DNA of 64,000 nucleotides from Epithemia pelagica (Eukaryota > Protista > Bacillariophyta): the NCBI GenBank assembly GCA_946965045.2, contig OX337239.1, positions 372,001 to 436,000 on the forward strand, read 5' to 3'. Numbering within the stretch: the first letter of the stretch is position 1; each line of letters opens with the position of its first letter. Positions 23,666 to 34,928 of the stretch are shown here, piece by piece. Below the pieces are notes generated by a model. It saw only the letters and a list, made by a program, of their open reading frames with translations. It had not been told where the DNA came from and searched no databases. Both the position numbers and the translations under genes were made by a program.

Positions 23666-23720
23666 TAACAACCACCGGATTTGAACCAGTTTTATTTTCA
23701 TAACCATTTTATGAGTTGTT
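23666..23720 (-). ncRNA. 55-nt tRNA-like element lacking an anticodon arm
   Basis: AACAACT / CATAA-AATGG-TTATG / AAAATAAA / ACTGG-TTCAAAT-CCGGT / GGTTGTT-A: acceptor stem, D-like hairpin and T arm, with an 8-nt linker in place of the anticodon arm. Confidence 0.6.
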
Positions 23721-23754
23721 TTGATTTTTAAAACAATATCAACATACTAAAACT

Positions 23755-26700
23755 AATAAATAAAATCATAGGTTACTATCTATGATTTGTGATTTTTTGT
23801 GATTTTGATACTAATTTAAGCCTTACTATATACCGAATTTTGAACCACAAATTTTCAATTTTTAAATAAAATTTTTAAATTTGTGGTTCAAAATTATTTA
23901 TTAAAATTATATTTTTTCAACCAAATGACCAAATAATTATGCAAAATTGATTTTATTTTAATAAAATCAAATAAAATGATAATCAAAATTAATTATTAAT
24001 TATTAAAATCATTGATTTTTTATACTATTTTTAAAAATAAAAAACAGATAACCAAAACAGATAAATAAAATCATAGGTTACTACCTATGATTTATGATTT
24101 TTTGTGATTTTGATACTAATTTAAGCCTTATTATATACCGAATTTTGAACCACAAATTTTCAATTTTTAAATAAAATTTTTAAATTTGTGGTTCAAAATT
24201 ATTTATTAAAATTATATCTTTTCAACCAAATGACCAACTAATTATGCAAAATTGATTTTATTTTAATAAAATGAAATAAAATGATAATCAAAATTAATTA
24301 TTAATTATTAAAATCATTGATTTTTTATACTATTTTTAAAAATAAAAAACGGATAACCAAAACAGATAAATAAAATCATAGGTTACTACCTATGATTTAT
24401 GATTTTTTGTGATTTTGATACTAATTTAAGCCTTATTATATACCGAATTTTGAACCACAAATTTTCAATTTTTAAATAAAATTTTCAAATTTGTGGTTCA
24501 AAATTATTTATTAAAATTATATCTTTTCAACCAAATGACCAACTAATTATGCAAAATTGATTTTATTTTAATAAAATGAAATAAAATGATAATCAAAATT
24601 AATTATTAATTATTAAAATCATTGATTTTTTATACTATTTTTAAAAATAAAAAACAGACAACCAAAACAGATAAATAAAATCATAGGTTACTACCTATGA
24701 TTTGTGATTTTCTGTGATTTTGATACCAATTTAAGCCTTATTATATACCGAATTTTGAACCACAAATTTTCAATTTTTTGGCAAAATTTTTAAATTTGTG
24801 GTTCAAAATTATTTATTAAAATTATATCTTTTCAACCAAATGACCAACTAATTATGCAAAATTGATTTTATTTTAATAAAATGAAATAAAATGATAATCA
24901 AAATTAATTATTAATTATTAAAATCATTGATTTTTTATACTATTTTTAAAAATAAAAAACGGATAACCAAAACAGATAAATAAAATCATAGGTTACTACC
25001 TATGATTTATGATTTTTTGTGATTTTGATACTAATTTAAGCCTTATTATATACCGAATTTTGAACCACAAATTTTCAATTTTTAAATAAAATTTTCAAAT
25101 TTGTGGTTCAAAATTATTTATTAAAATTATATCTTTTCAACCAAATGACCAACTAATTATGCAAAATTGATTTTATTTTAATAAAATGAAATAAAATGAA
25201 ATAAAATGATAATCAAAATCAATTATTAATTATTAAAATCATTGATTTTTTATACTATTTTTAAAAATAAAAAACAGACAACCAAAACAGATAAATAAAA
25301 TCATAGGTTACTACCTATGATTTGTGATTTTTTGTGATTTTGATACCAATTTAAGCCTTATTATATACCGAATTTTGAACCACAAATTTTCAATTTTTTG
25401 GCAAAATTTTTAAATTTGTGGTTCAAAATTATTTATTAAAATTATATCTTTTCAACCAAATGACCAACTAATTATGCAAAATTGATTTTATTTTAATAAA
25501 ATGAAATAAAATGATAATCAAAATTAATTATTAATTATTAAAATCATTGATTTTTTATACTATTTTTAAAAATAAAAAACGGATAACCAAAACAGATAAA
25601 TAAAATCATAGGTTACTACCTACGATTTATGATTTTTTGTGATTTTGATACTAATTTAAGCCTTATTATATACCGAATTTTGAACCACAAATTTTCAATT
25701 TTTAAATAAAATTTTCAAATTTGTGGTTCAAAATTATTTATTAAAATTATACCTTTTCAACCAAATGACCAACTAATTATGCAAAATTAATTTTATTTTA
25801 ATAAAATGAAATAAAATGAAATAAAATGATAATCAAAATCAATTATTAATTATTAAAATCATTGATTTTTTATACTATTTTTAAAAATAAAAAACAGACA
25901 ACCAAAACAGATAAATAAAATCATAGGTTACTACCTATGATTTGTGATTTTTTGTGATTTTGATACCAATTTAAGCCTTATTATATACCGAATTTTGAAC
26001 CACAAATTTTCAATTTTTTGGCAAAATTTTTAAATTTGTGGTTCAAAATTATTTATTAAAATTATATCTTTTCAACCAAATGACCAACTAATTATGCAAA
26101 ATTGATTTTATTTTAATAAAATGAAATAAAATGATAATCAAAATTAATTATTAATTATTAAAATCATTGATTTTTTATACTATTTTTAAAAATAAAAAAC
26201 GGATAACCAAAACAGATAAATAAAATCATAGGTTACTACCTACGATTTATGATTTTTTGTGATTTTGATACTAATTTAAGCCTTATTATATACCGAATTT
26301 TGAACCACAAATCTTCAATTTTTAAATAAAATTTTCAAATTTGTGGTTCAAAATTATTTATTAAAATTATACCTTTTCAACCAAATGACCAACTAATTAT
26401 GCAAAATTGATTTTATTTTAATAAAATGAAATAAAATGAAATAAAATGATAATCAAAATCAATTATTAATTATTAAAATCATTGATTTTTTATACTATTT
26501 TTAAAAATAAAAAACAGACAACCAAAACAGATAAATAAAATCATAGGTTACTACCTATGATTTGTGATTTTTTGTGATTTTGATACCAATTTAAGCCTTA
26601 TTATATACCGAATTTTGAACCACAAATTTTCAATTTTTTGGCAAAATTTTTAAATTTGTGGTTCAAAATTATTTATTAAAATTATATCTTTTCAACCAAA

Positions 26701-27922
26701 TGACCAACTAATTATGCAAAATTGATTTTATTTTAATAAAATGAAATAAAATGATAATCAAAATTAATTATTAATTATTAAAATCATTGATTTTTTATAC
26801 TATTTTTAAAAATAAAAAACGGATAACCAAAACAGATAAATAAAATCATAGGTTACTACCTACGATTTATGATTTTTTGTGATTTTGATACTAATTTAAG
26901 CCTTATTATATACCGAATTTTGAACCACAAATTTTCAATTTTTAAATAAAATTTTCAAATTTGTGGTTCAAAATTATTTATTAAAATTATACCTTTTCAA
27001 CCAAATGACCAACTAATTATGCAAAATTGATTTTATTTTAATAAAATGAAATAAAATGATAATCAAAATCAATTATTAATTATTAAAATCATTGATTTTT
27101 TATACTATTTTTAAAAATAAAAAACAGACAACCAAAACAGATAACTAAAATCATAGGTTACTACCTATGATTTGTGATTTTTTGTGATTTTGATACTAAT
27201 TTAAGCCTTATTATATACCGAATTTTGAACCACAAATTTTCAATTTTTAAATAAAATTTTCAAATTTGTGGTTCAAAATTAATTATTAATTATTAAAATC
27301 ATTGATTTTTTATACTATTTTTAAAAATAAAAAACGGATAACCAAAACAGATAAATAAAATCATAGGTTACTACCTATGATTTATGATTTTTTGTGATTT
27401 TGATACTAATTTAAGCCTTATTATATACCGAATTTTGAACCACAAATTTTCAATTTTTAAATAAAATTTTCAAATTTGTGGTTCAAAATTATTTATTAAA
27501 ATTATATCTTTTCAACCAAATGACCAACTAATTATGCAAAATTGATTTTATTTTAATAAAATGAAATAAAATGATAATCAAAATTAATTATTAATTATTA
27601 AAATCATTGATTTTTTATACTATTTTTAAAAATAAAAAACAGACAACCAAAACAGATAAATAAAATCATAGGTTACTACCTATGATTTGTGATTTTCTGT
27701 GATTTTGATACCAATTTAAGCCTTATTATATACCGAATTTTGAACCACAAATTTTCAATTTTTTGGCAAAATTTTTAAATTTGTGGTTCAAAATTATTTA
27801 TTAAAATTATATCTTTTCAACCAAATGACCCAATAATTATACAAAATTGATTCTATTTTAATAAAATGATAATCAAAATTAATTATTAAAATCATTTATT
27901 TTTTATACTATTTTTAAAAATA
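23755..27922 (+). repeat. Tandem array 2 of the ~305-bp unit (~14 copies, one with a 95-bp deletion)
   Basis: Same unit and orientation as array 1. The unit near 27275 lacks 95 bp between two TCAAAATTA microhomologies. Confidence 0.97.
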
Positions 27923-27952
27923 ATAACAATTGAATATATTTCAATGTTTACT

Positions 27953-28933
27953 TTAATTTATCAGTCCATTAAAAATTATTATAAAACCTAATAAAAACAA
28001 AAAATAGCCAAATACTATTGGTAATAAGGCTTTCCATCCTAGTTCCATCAATTGATCAAATCGAAAACGAGGAAATACTGCTCGACTAATTATAAAATAA
28101 ATAATCCCAATAATTATTTTGAAACTAAAAATAATGGACTCTGGTAATAATAACAACTTGAAAATAAACCAACCACCAATAAAAATACTAGCTCCAAGTG
28201 TACTCATAAATAGCATATTACCATATTCGCCTAAAAAAAATTGAGCAAAAGGTATACCTGAATATTCAACATTATAACCTGATACTAATTCGGCTTCGGC
28301 TTCAGGTAAATCAAATGGATGTCTGTTCGTTTCCGCTAAAATTGTTATATAAAATATAATAAATATACCCCAAAAAGGTATTATTAACCAAATATATTTT
28401 TGAGCTAATATTATGTTTGAAAAATTATATGAGTTTATTATTAGTATTATAATTATACATGAAAATGAAAAACTTAATTCATAGGATATCATTTGGGCAG
28501 TTGATCGAATGGCTCCCAAAAATGAATATTTTGAATTACTACCCCAGCCAGCGAATAATAAACTATAAATATTTAATCCGGAAATACTAAAAATTAAAAT
28601 AATGCCTAAATTTAAATCAGATAAAAAAATTCCTTTTGAAAATGGTATTATACTCCAATTTAAAAAGCTTAAAACTAATGCTAATATTGGAGCTAAAAAA
28701 AATACAAATTCATCAGAGCTATTATTGAATAAATTTTCTTTAATAAAAAGTTTCAATCCATCAGCTAAAGGTTGCAATAATCCAATAAAACCAATAACAT
28801 TTGGACCTTTTCGTGTTTGAATTGATCCCATAATTTTTCGTTCAGCAATAGTAAAATAAGCGACAGAAATTAATACAGGTACTATGATTATAATAACTTT
28901 TAGTATAATTTTTAAAAAATTGTAAAAATTCAT
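27953..28933 (-). CDS. nad1: NADH dehydrogenase subunit 1
   Basis: ERKIMGSIQTRKGPN, GLLQPLADGLKL, ETNRHPFDLPEAEAELVSGYNVEYS. ATG at 28933; the ORF-track extension lies in trnC. Confidence 0.97.
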   Translation of the reverse strand: MNFYNFLKIILKVIIIIVPVLISVAYFTIAERKIMGSIQTRKGPNVIGFIGLLQPLADGLKLFIKENLFNNSSDEFVFFLAPILALVLSFLNWSIIPFSKGIFLSDLNLGIILIFSISGLNIYSLLFAGWGSNSKYSFLGAIRSTAQMISYELSFSFSCIIIILIINSYNFSNIILAQKYIWLIIPFWGIFIIFYITILAETNRHPFDLPEAEAELVSGYNVEYSGIPFAQFFLGEYGNMLFMSTLGASIFIGGWFIFKLLLLPESIIFSFKIIIGIIYFIISRAVFPRFRFDQLMELGWKALLPIVFGYFLFLLGFIIIFNGLIN

Positions 28934-28935
28934 AT

Positions 28936-29008
28936 AAGTTAAAATCGGATTTGAACCAATATAATATAATTTGCAATTATAAACATTAACCAATTATGTT
29001 ATTTAACC
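28936..29008 (-). tRNA. trnC: tRNA-Cys(GCA)
   Basis: Anticodon arm TATAA-TTGCAAA-TTATA, U73. Confidence 0.88.
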
Positions 29009-29014
29009 AATAAT

Positions 29015-29293
29015 TTACCATGATGTCTTATTAATACCAAATATATTACCATTTTGAATTTGTTTTAATAAAATATGTCTACAATAAAACGAAAATTTAT
29101 TAAATATTTTTGTATTATTCGAATATATACAATAATTATATTTAATAAAAAATTTATAATATTTGTATGTGTTATGTAATAATATATTAATATTTGTTTT
29201 TAAATAATTATTAATAAGTATATGTTTTCGTATTGATCGTATTATAAAATATAAATTATTTAATTTTTGAATATTAAACGATTTTTTAAACAT
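29015..29293 (-). CDS. rps14: Ribosomal protein S14
   Basis: 92 aa ending FYCRHILLKQIQNGNIFGINKTSW, which resembles the S14 C-terminus (R..LRE....G.LPG.KK.SW). Confidence 0.75.
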   Translation of the reverse strand: MFKKSFNIQKLNNLYFIIRSIRKHILINNYLKTNINILLHNTYKYYKFFIKYNYCIYSNNTKIFNKFSFYCRHILLKQIQNGNIFGINKTSW

Positions 29294-29296
29294 ATA

Positions 29297-29680
29297 CTAT
29301 TTCCAATTTAAACATTTACAGTACCAAATATAAAAAAATCCCAAACCAAGTTCAAATAAAAAATCAATCATTGACCAAAAAGTTAAAAAATCATTTTTTG
29401 CTAAATTTAATATCCAAGGAAGCATAAATAAAATTTCAATATCAAAAATAATAAAAAATATAGCTATAATGTAAAAATTTATGTTTACAATATGACGTGA
29501 ATTTTCATATGGCTCATACCCACATTCATAGACTGATAACTTTTCAGAGTCAGGTTTTTGATGAATAAAAAAATACGATAATAAAATCAAAATAGATGCT
29601 ATTAAAATTGATAATAGTAATAGTATAAAAATTTCAAATAAATTATTAAGTAAAAAATATGATATATTAAAATTATTCAT
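29297..29680 (-). CDS. nad3: NADH dehydrogenase subunit 3
   Basis: EKLSVYECGYEP, FFIIFDIEILFMLPW. Confidence 0.97.
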   Translation of the reverse strand: MNNFNISYFLLNNLFEIFILLLLSILIASILILLSYFFIHQKPDSEKLSVYECGYEPYENSRHIVNINFYIIAIFFIIFDIEILFMLPWILNLAKNDFLTFWSMIDFLFELGLGFFYIWYCKCLNWK

Positions 29681-29692
29681 TGAAACTTAATT

Positions 29693-30517
29693 TTATTTGT
29701 TACTCCACCAATAAATATTAATAAATAAAAATAGCCAAACTACATCAACAAAATGCCAATACCAAATAGCCGCTTCAAAACCAAAATGGTTTGTATTTGA
29801 AAAATGATTTAATATTATTCGCAATAAGCTGATAAATAGAGCTATTGTGCCAATAATAACATGAAACCCATGAAACCCAGTAGCCATAAAAAAACAACTC
29901 CCATATACCCCATCACTAATACAAAAAGGTGCATTATTATATTCAAAAGCTTGTAAACTTGTGAATAATACTGCAAATATTAATGTAAAAAATAATCCAA
30001 TAATAGTCTGTTTTTTATTTCTAATAATAATTGCATGGTGTGCCCATGTTATAGTAATCCCTGAACTTAATAATAGAAACGTATTAGTTAAGGGAATCGT
30101 GTACGAATTTATAACAGTAATGTATTTTGGTGGCCAAACTGCTCCAATATTATAAACCGGTGAAATACTCGAATGAAAAAACCCCCAAAAAAAAGCAAAA
30201 AAAAACATAATTTCTGATATAATAAATAAAATAATAGCCAACCGTAAACTTTTTTTAATAATGAAATTATGAACTTCCTCGAATGTGGCTTCCCGAATAA
30301 TATCCTGCCACCAACAAATCATTGTGTATAAAATTAAAATAAAACCAGTTAAAAATAAATTCCACCCACCTTTGAAATTGTGCATGAATAATACGCCACC
30401 GACAGTTATTGAAAAACTACCAATTGAACCTATAAAAGGCCACGGACTTGGATCAACTAAATGAAAACTATGGTTTGTTTTTAAGTGAATTGTATAATAT
30501 TGAATATTTGATAACAT
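29693..30517 (-). CDS. cox3: Cytochrome c oxidase subunit 3
   Basis: HSFHLVDPSPWP, FFMATGFHGFHV, WYWHFVDVVWLFL. Confidence 0.98.
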   Translation of the reverse strand: MLSNIQYYTIHLKTNHSFHLVDPSPWPFIGSIGSFSITVGGVLFMHNFKGGWNLFLTGFILILYTMICWWQDIIREATFEEVHNFIIKKSLRLAIILFIISEIMFFFAFFWGFFHSSISPVYNIGAVWPPKYITVINSYTIPLTNTFLLLSSGITITWAHHAIIIRNKKQTIIGLFFTLIFAVLFTSLQAFEYNNAPFCISDGVYGSCFFMATGFHGFHVIIGTIALFISLLRIILNHFSNTNHFGFEAAIWYWHFVDVVWLFLFINIYWWSNK

Positions 30518-31745
30518 ATAGTATATTATTGTATTTTAATAATAACTGCTCAATTTTTCCTGAAATTGGTAAAATAAACAAAAAAAATAAGTAATAATAA
30601 ATTGTTGCAAATTGACTTATTATTAAATAACGTTTATATTTAATATCCATAGCACCCACCCATAATAATATAATACAATCAACAACAAATAACCAAAAGA
30701 AAATTTTATAAACTGGTCTATAACTAGTATTTCGAATTATGGAACTATTTACAAAAGGTATAATTAGTAATATAATAATTGATCCAAACATCGATAAAAT
30801 ACCTATAGTTTTGTGTGGTATTCCACGTAAAATTGCATAAAATACTAAAAAATACCATTCAGGAACTACATGTAAAGGTGTTTTCATTGGATTAGCTCGA
30901 ACATAATTATCTGGGTGGTTTAAGTATTCAGGATTGTAAAAAATAAAATAAGCGAATAAAAATAAAAAAATAGTAAATGCAAATAAGTCTTTTATTGCAA
31001 AATACGGATAAAATGTTAAGTAATCACCTTCAAAATCGTAACCGATAGGATTGTTTGAGCCAATTTTATGTAATAAAGCTAAATGCAATAAGCTAAAAGC
31101 TACAATAATAAATGGTAAAAGAAAATGGATTATAAAAAAACGCCTTAATGTTGGATCCTTAATTACAAAGCCGCCCCATAACCATTCAACGATAATTTGA
31201 CCTTTTGGTAAAATTGATAGCATACTTGTTATCACAGTAGCTCCCCAAAAACTCATTTGACCCCAAGGTAAAACATAACCAGTAAATGCAGTTCCCATCA
31301 TTAATAATAAAATAATTACACCCGATGACCATATATATTCACGCGGTTCAATATATGATCCATAATAAAGCCCACGAAATAAATGCATATATACAATAAT
31401 AAAAAACATTGAAGCTCCATTTGCATGAATATAACGAATTAACCAACCATATGGGATGTCCCTCATGATATATTGAATCGAATCAAAAGCAAATTTAATA
31501 TTGGGTATATAATGAATTGCTAAAAAAATACCTGTTAAAATTTGAATTATTAAACAAATTCCAGCTAACGAGCCAAAACTCCATGCATATGATAAACTTA
31601 CAGGTGTTGGGTAATGAATTAAGTGACTATCAAAAAATGATATAATATAATTATTATTGTTTGGTCGAAACCAATTTATAATAAACAAATTTTTAAATTT
31701 ACTTATTATTGAAAAATTAATTATTGGAATAAATTTTTTAACCAT
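30468..31745 (-). CDS. cob: Cytochrome b
   Basis: YPTPVSLSYAWSFGSL, YVLPWGQMSFWGATVIT, PEWY. The 3' end overlaps cox3 by 50 nt. Confidence 0.98.
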   Translation of the reverse strand: MVKKFIPIINFSIISKFKNLFIINWFRPNNNNYIISFFDSHLIHYPTPVSLSYAWSFGSLAGICLIIQILTGIFLAIHYIPNIKFAFDSIQYIMRDIPYGWLIRYIHANGASMFFIIVYMHLFRGLYYGSYIEPREYIWSSGVIILLLMMGTAFTGYVLPWGQMSFWGATVITSMLSILPKGQIIVEWLWGGFVIKDPTLRRFFIIHFLLPFIIVAFSLLHLALLHKIGSNNPIGYDFEGDYLTFYPYFAIKDLFAFTIFLFLFAYFIFYNPEYLNHPDNYVRANPMKTPLHVVPEWYFLVFYAILRGIPHKTIGILSMFGSIIILLIIPFVNSSIIRNTSYRPVYKIFFWLFVVDCIILLWVGAMDIKYKRYLIISQFATIYYYLFFLFILPISGKIEQLLLKYNNILYVIKYSILYNSLKNKP

Positions 31746-31751
31746 AAATAA

Positions 31752-31828
31752 TTAAATTTAATAGGACTTGAACCTATAACCAAACCATTATGAGTGGTTT
31801 GCTCTACCAGTTTTGAGCTATAAATTTA
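31752..31828 (-). tRNA. tRNA with CAU anticodon (elongator Met or lysidine-modified Ile)
   Basis: Anticodon arm AACCA-CTCATAA-TGGTT, acceptor TAAATTT/AAATTTA. Identity cannot be resolved by eye. Confidence 0.85.
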
Positions 31829-31845
31829 GTTTCATATAATATATA

Positions 31846-31918
31846 CACCCTTAATGAGAGTCGAACTCATGTATTTGTTTTGAAAAAGCAAAGTCGTGAA
31901 CCACTGGACCATAAGGGT
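31846..31918 (-). tRNA. trnE: tRNA-Glu(UUC)
   Basis: Acceptor ACCCTTA/TAAGGGT, loop TT-TTC-AA, G73; one C.A mismatch in the anticodon stem. Confidence 0.88.
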
Positions 31919-32044
31919 TTTATGTATATATATATATATATATAATGTAATATTTAAACAATATTTTGATTGATTCCCAATTTTTTAAGTATTTTAAAAT
32001 AGTGTTAAATTGCACTTGAAATCATTATGGTTTCAGGCAAATTA

Positions 32045-32116
32045 TTAGCTAAAACAGGATCGAACTGTTGGCATTCCGTTTATCAGACGGATATTCTACC
32101 ACTGAATTATTAGCTT
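32045..32116 (-). tRNA. trnI: tRNA-Ile(GAU), almost wholly within the rps10 ORF
   Basis: Anticodon arm TCCGT-CTGATAA-ACGGA, T arm AACAG-TTCGATC-CTGTT; A1.A72 mismatch. Confidence 0.9.
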
Positions 32117-32582
32117 TTAAAATATTTAAATTTTGAATTTTTATATTAAATAAAGTTTTGAATATATGCATATATATATTAATATTATTGAAATAATACA
32201 AATTTGATCTTATATTATTTGATTTTATATTAATTAGTATGTAATCAAATGTAAATATTCGATTATTTATATATAAGTAATTTATACTAATATAAATATC
32301 ATGAAATAATATTTTTAATATGTATTTAAAATTAAATATTAATTTTTCGATATCAATAATAATTAATTTGACTTTAGTACTATAAATATTATAATTAAAC
32401 CAACTTTGGGCTGTTTTGTTAATATGTGGTGACTTTAATAAAGTAAATTTTATCAATTTATTTTTTTGGTAATTGACTATTTTAATGATTACATTTGAAT
32501 TATTAAACAAAAAACTTAATATTAAAAAACATTTAAAAATAGACTTGTTATTTTTTGACTTTATATTGATTGTTAATAACAA
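32049..32582 (-). CDS. rps10: Ribosomal protein S10
   Basis: FTLLKSPHINKTAQ matches the S10 motif. TTG start directly after the atp6 stop; the last ~22 codons are trnI sequence. Confidence 0.85.
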   Translation of the reverse strand: MLLTINIKSKNNKSIFKCFLILSFLFNNSNVIIKIVNYQKNKLIKFTLLKSPHINKTAQSWFNYNIYSTKVKLIIIDIEKLIFNFKYILKILFHDIYISINYLYINNRIFTFDYILINIKSNNIRSNLYYFNNINIYMHIFKTLFNIKIQNLNILKANNSVVEYPSDKRNANSSILF

Positions 32583-33341
32583 CTAACTTCCATCCTCAAT
32601 ATATATACATGTTAAAATCGTAAAAACATAACTTTGAATTAATGCAACACCTAATTCCAAACCAAATAAAATTACTAAAGTAATCATTGGTATTAATAAT
32701 AAAAATGAATTTAATAGCTCGAGTAACAATAAATCCCATGCAAAACCAACAATAACTTTCAAAAGAGTGTGTCCTGCCATTAAATTAATGAATAGACGAA
32801 CACCTAAGCTGATTGGTTTTGCAATATATGATATAAATTCGATTGGAACTAAAATTATAGCTAGAAAAATTGACGTATTTGCGGGAAAAAATAACAAAAA
32901 GCTTTTAAATTTATACTTGTTTATAGTAATAATATTAATACCAATAAAAACAGAAAATGATAATAAAAAAGTCACATATAAATGACTTGTAACTGTAAAC
33001 GAATACGGAATAAGTCCAATAATATTACTAAATAAAATAAAATTAAATATTAATCCAATTATAAAAAAATACTGTTTGTTGTTTTTTGTGATTGAATTAA
33101 TTATTAATTGTGCTACAATTGTAGTAGTTAATAGTTCAATTAAATATTGCCAATTATTTGGAATCAAATAAAAATATTGTGTCTTTTTTAAATTGTTTTT
33201 ATTAAAAAATATAATAATAATAATAATAAATAAAGTTAATAAATTCATAATTAAAAAATTTGTTAATGATAAGTTAAAATTGAATAAAAAAATATTATTT
33301 AATGATAGTATTTCAAATTGTTCCAAAGGAGCTAATAACAT
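32583..33341 (-). CDS. atp6: ATP synthase subunit a
   Basis: PLEQFEI, SLGVRLFINLMAGHTLLK, ELGVALIQSYVF. Confidence 0.97.
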   Translation of the reverse strand: MLLAPLEQFEILSLNNIFLFNFNLSLTNFLIMNLLTLFIIIIIIFFNKNNLKKTQYFYLIPNNWQYLIELLTTTIVAQLIINSITKNNKQYFFIIGLIFNFILFSNIIGLIPYSFTVTSHLYVTFLLSFSVFIGINIITINKYKFKSFLLFFPANTSIFLAIILVPIEFISYIAKPISLGVRLFINLMAGHTLLKVIVGFAWDLLLLELLNSFLLLIPMITLVILFGLELGVALIQSYVFTILTCIYIEDGS

Positions 33342-33345
33342 AACT

Positions 33346-33416
33346 ATGGAATAAAAGGATTTGAACCTTTATAAATTGTACCAAAAACAAATGCTTTACC
33401 ATTCAGCCATATTCCA
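33346..33416 (-). tRNA. trnQ: tRNA-Gln(UUG)
   Basis: Acceptor TGGAATA/TATTCCA (U1-A72), loop TT-TTG-GT. Confidence 0.88.
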
Positions 33417-33433
33417 AAAAATTAGTTTTATAA

Positions 33434-34924
<1,491 letters not shown>

Positions 34925-34928
34925 TCAT

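Noticed and set aside
23666-23720. Element as a mitochondrial tmRNA tRNA-like domain
   Set aside because: It has C3-G70 rather than the G3.U70 alanine determinant, and no second piece or tag region is visible.
9748-27922. Tandem arrays as CRISPR
   Set aside because: Units are ~305 bp and near-identical with no unique spacers; there are no cas genes and the context is organellar.
31922-31944. (TA)n microsatellite
   Set aside because: A short simple repeat in AT-rich DNA with no evidence of function.
32045-32116. General 5' tRNA editing (Acanthamoeba or chytrid type)
   Set aside because: Only trnI shows a true mismatch in acceptor positions 1-3; the other 16 tRNAs pair there (one G-U).
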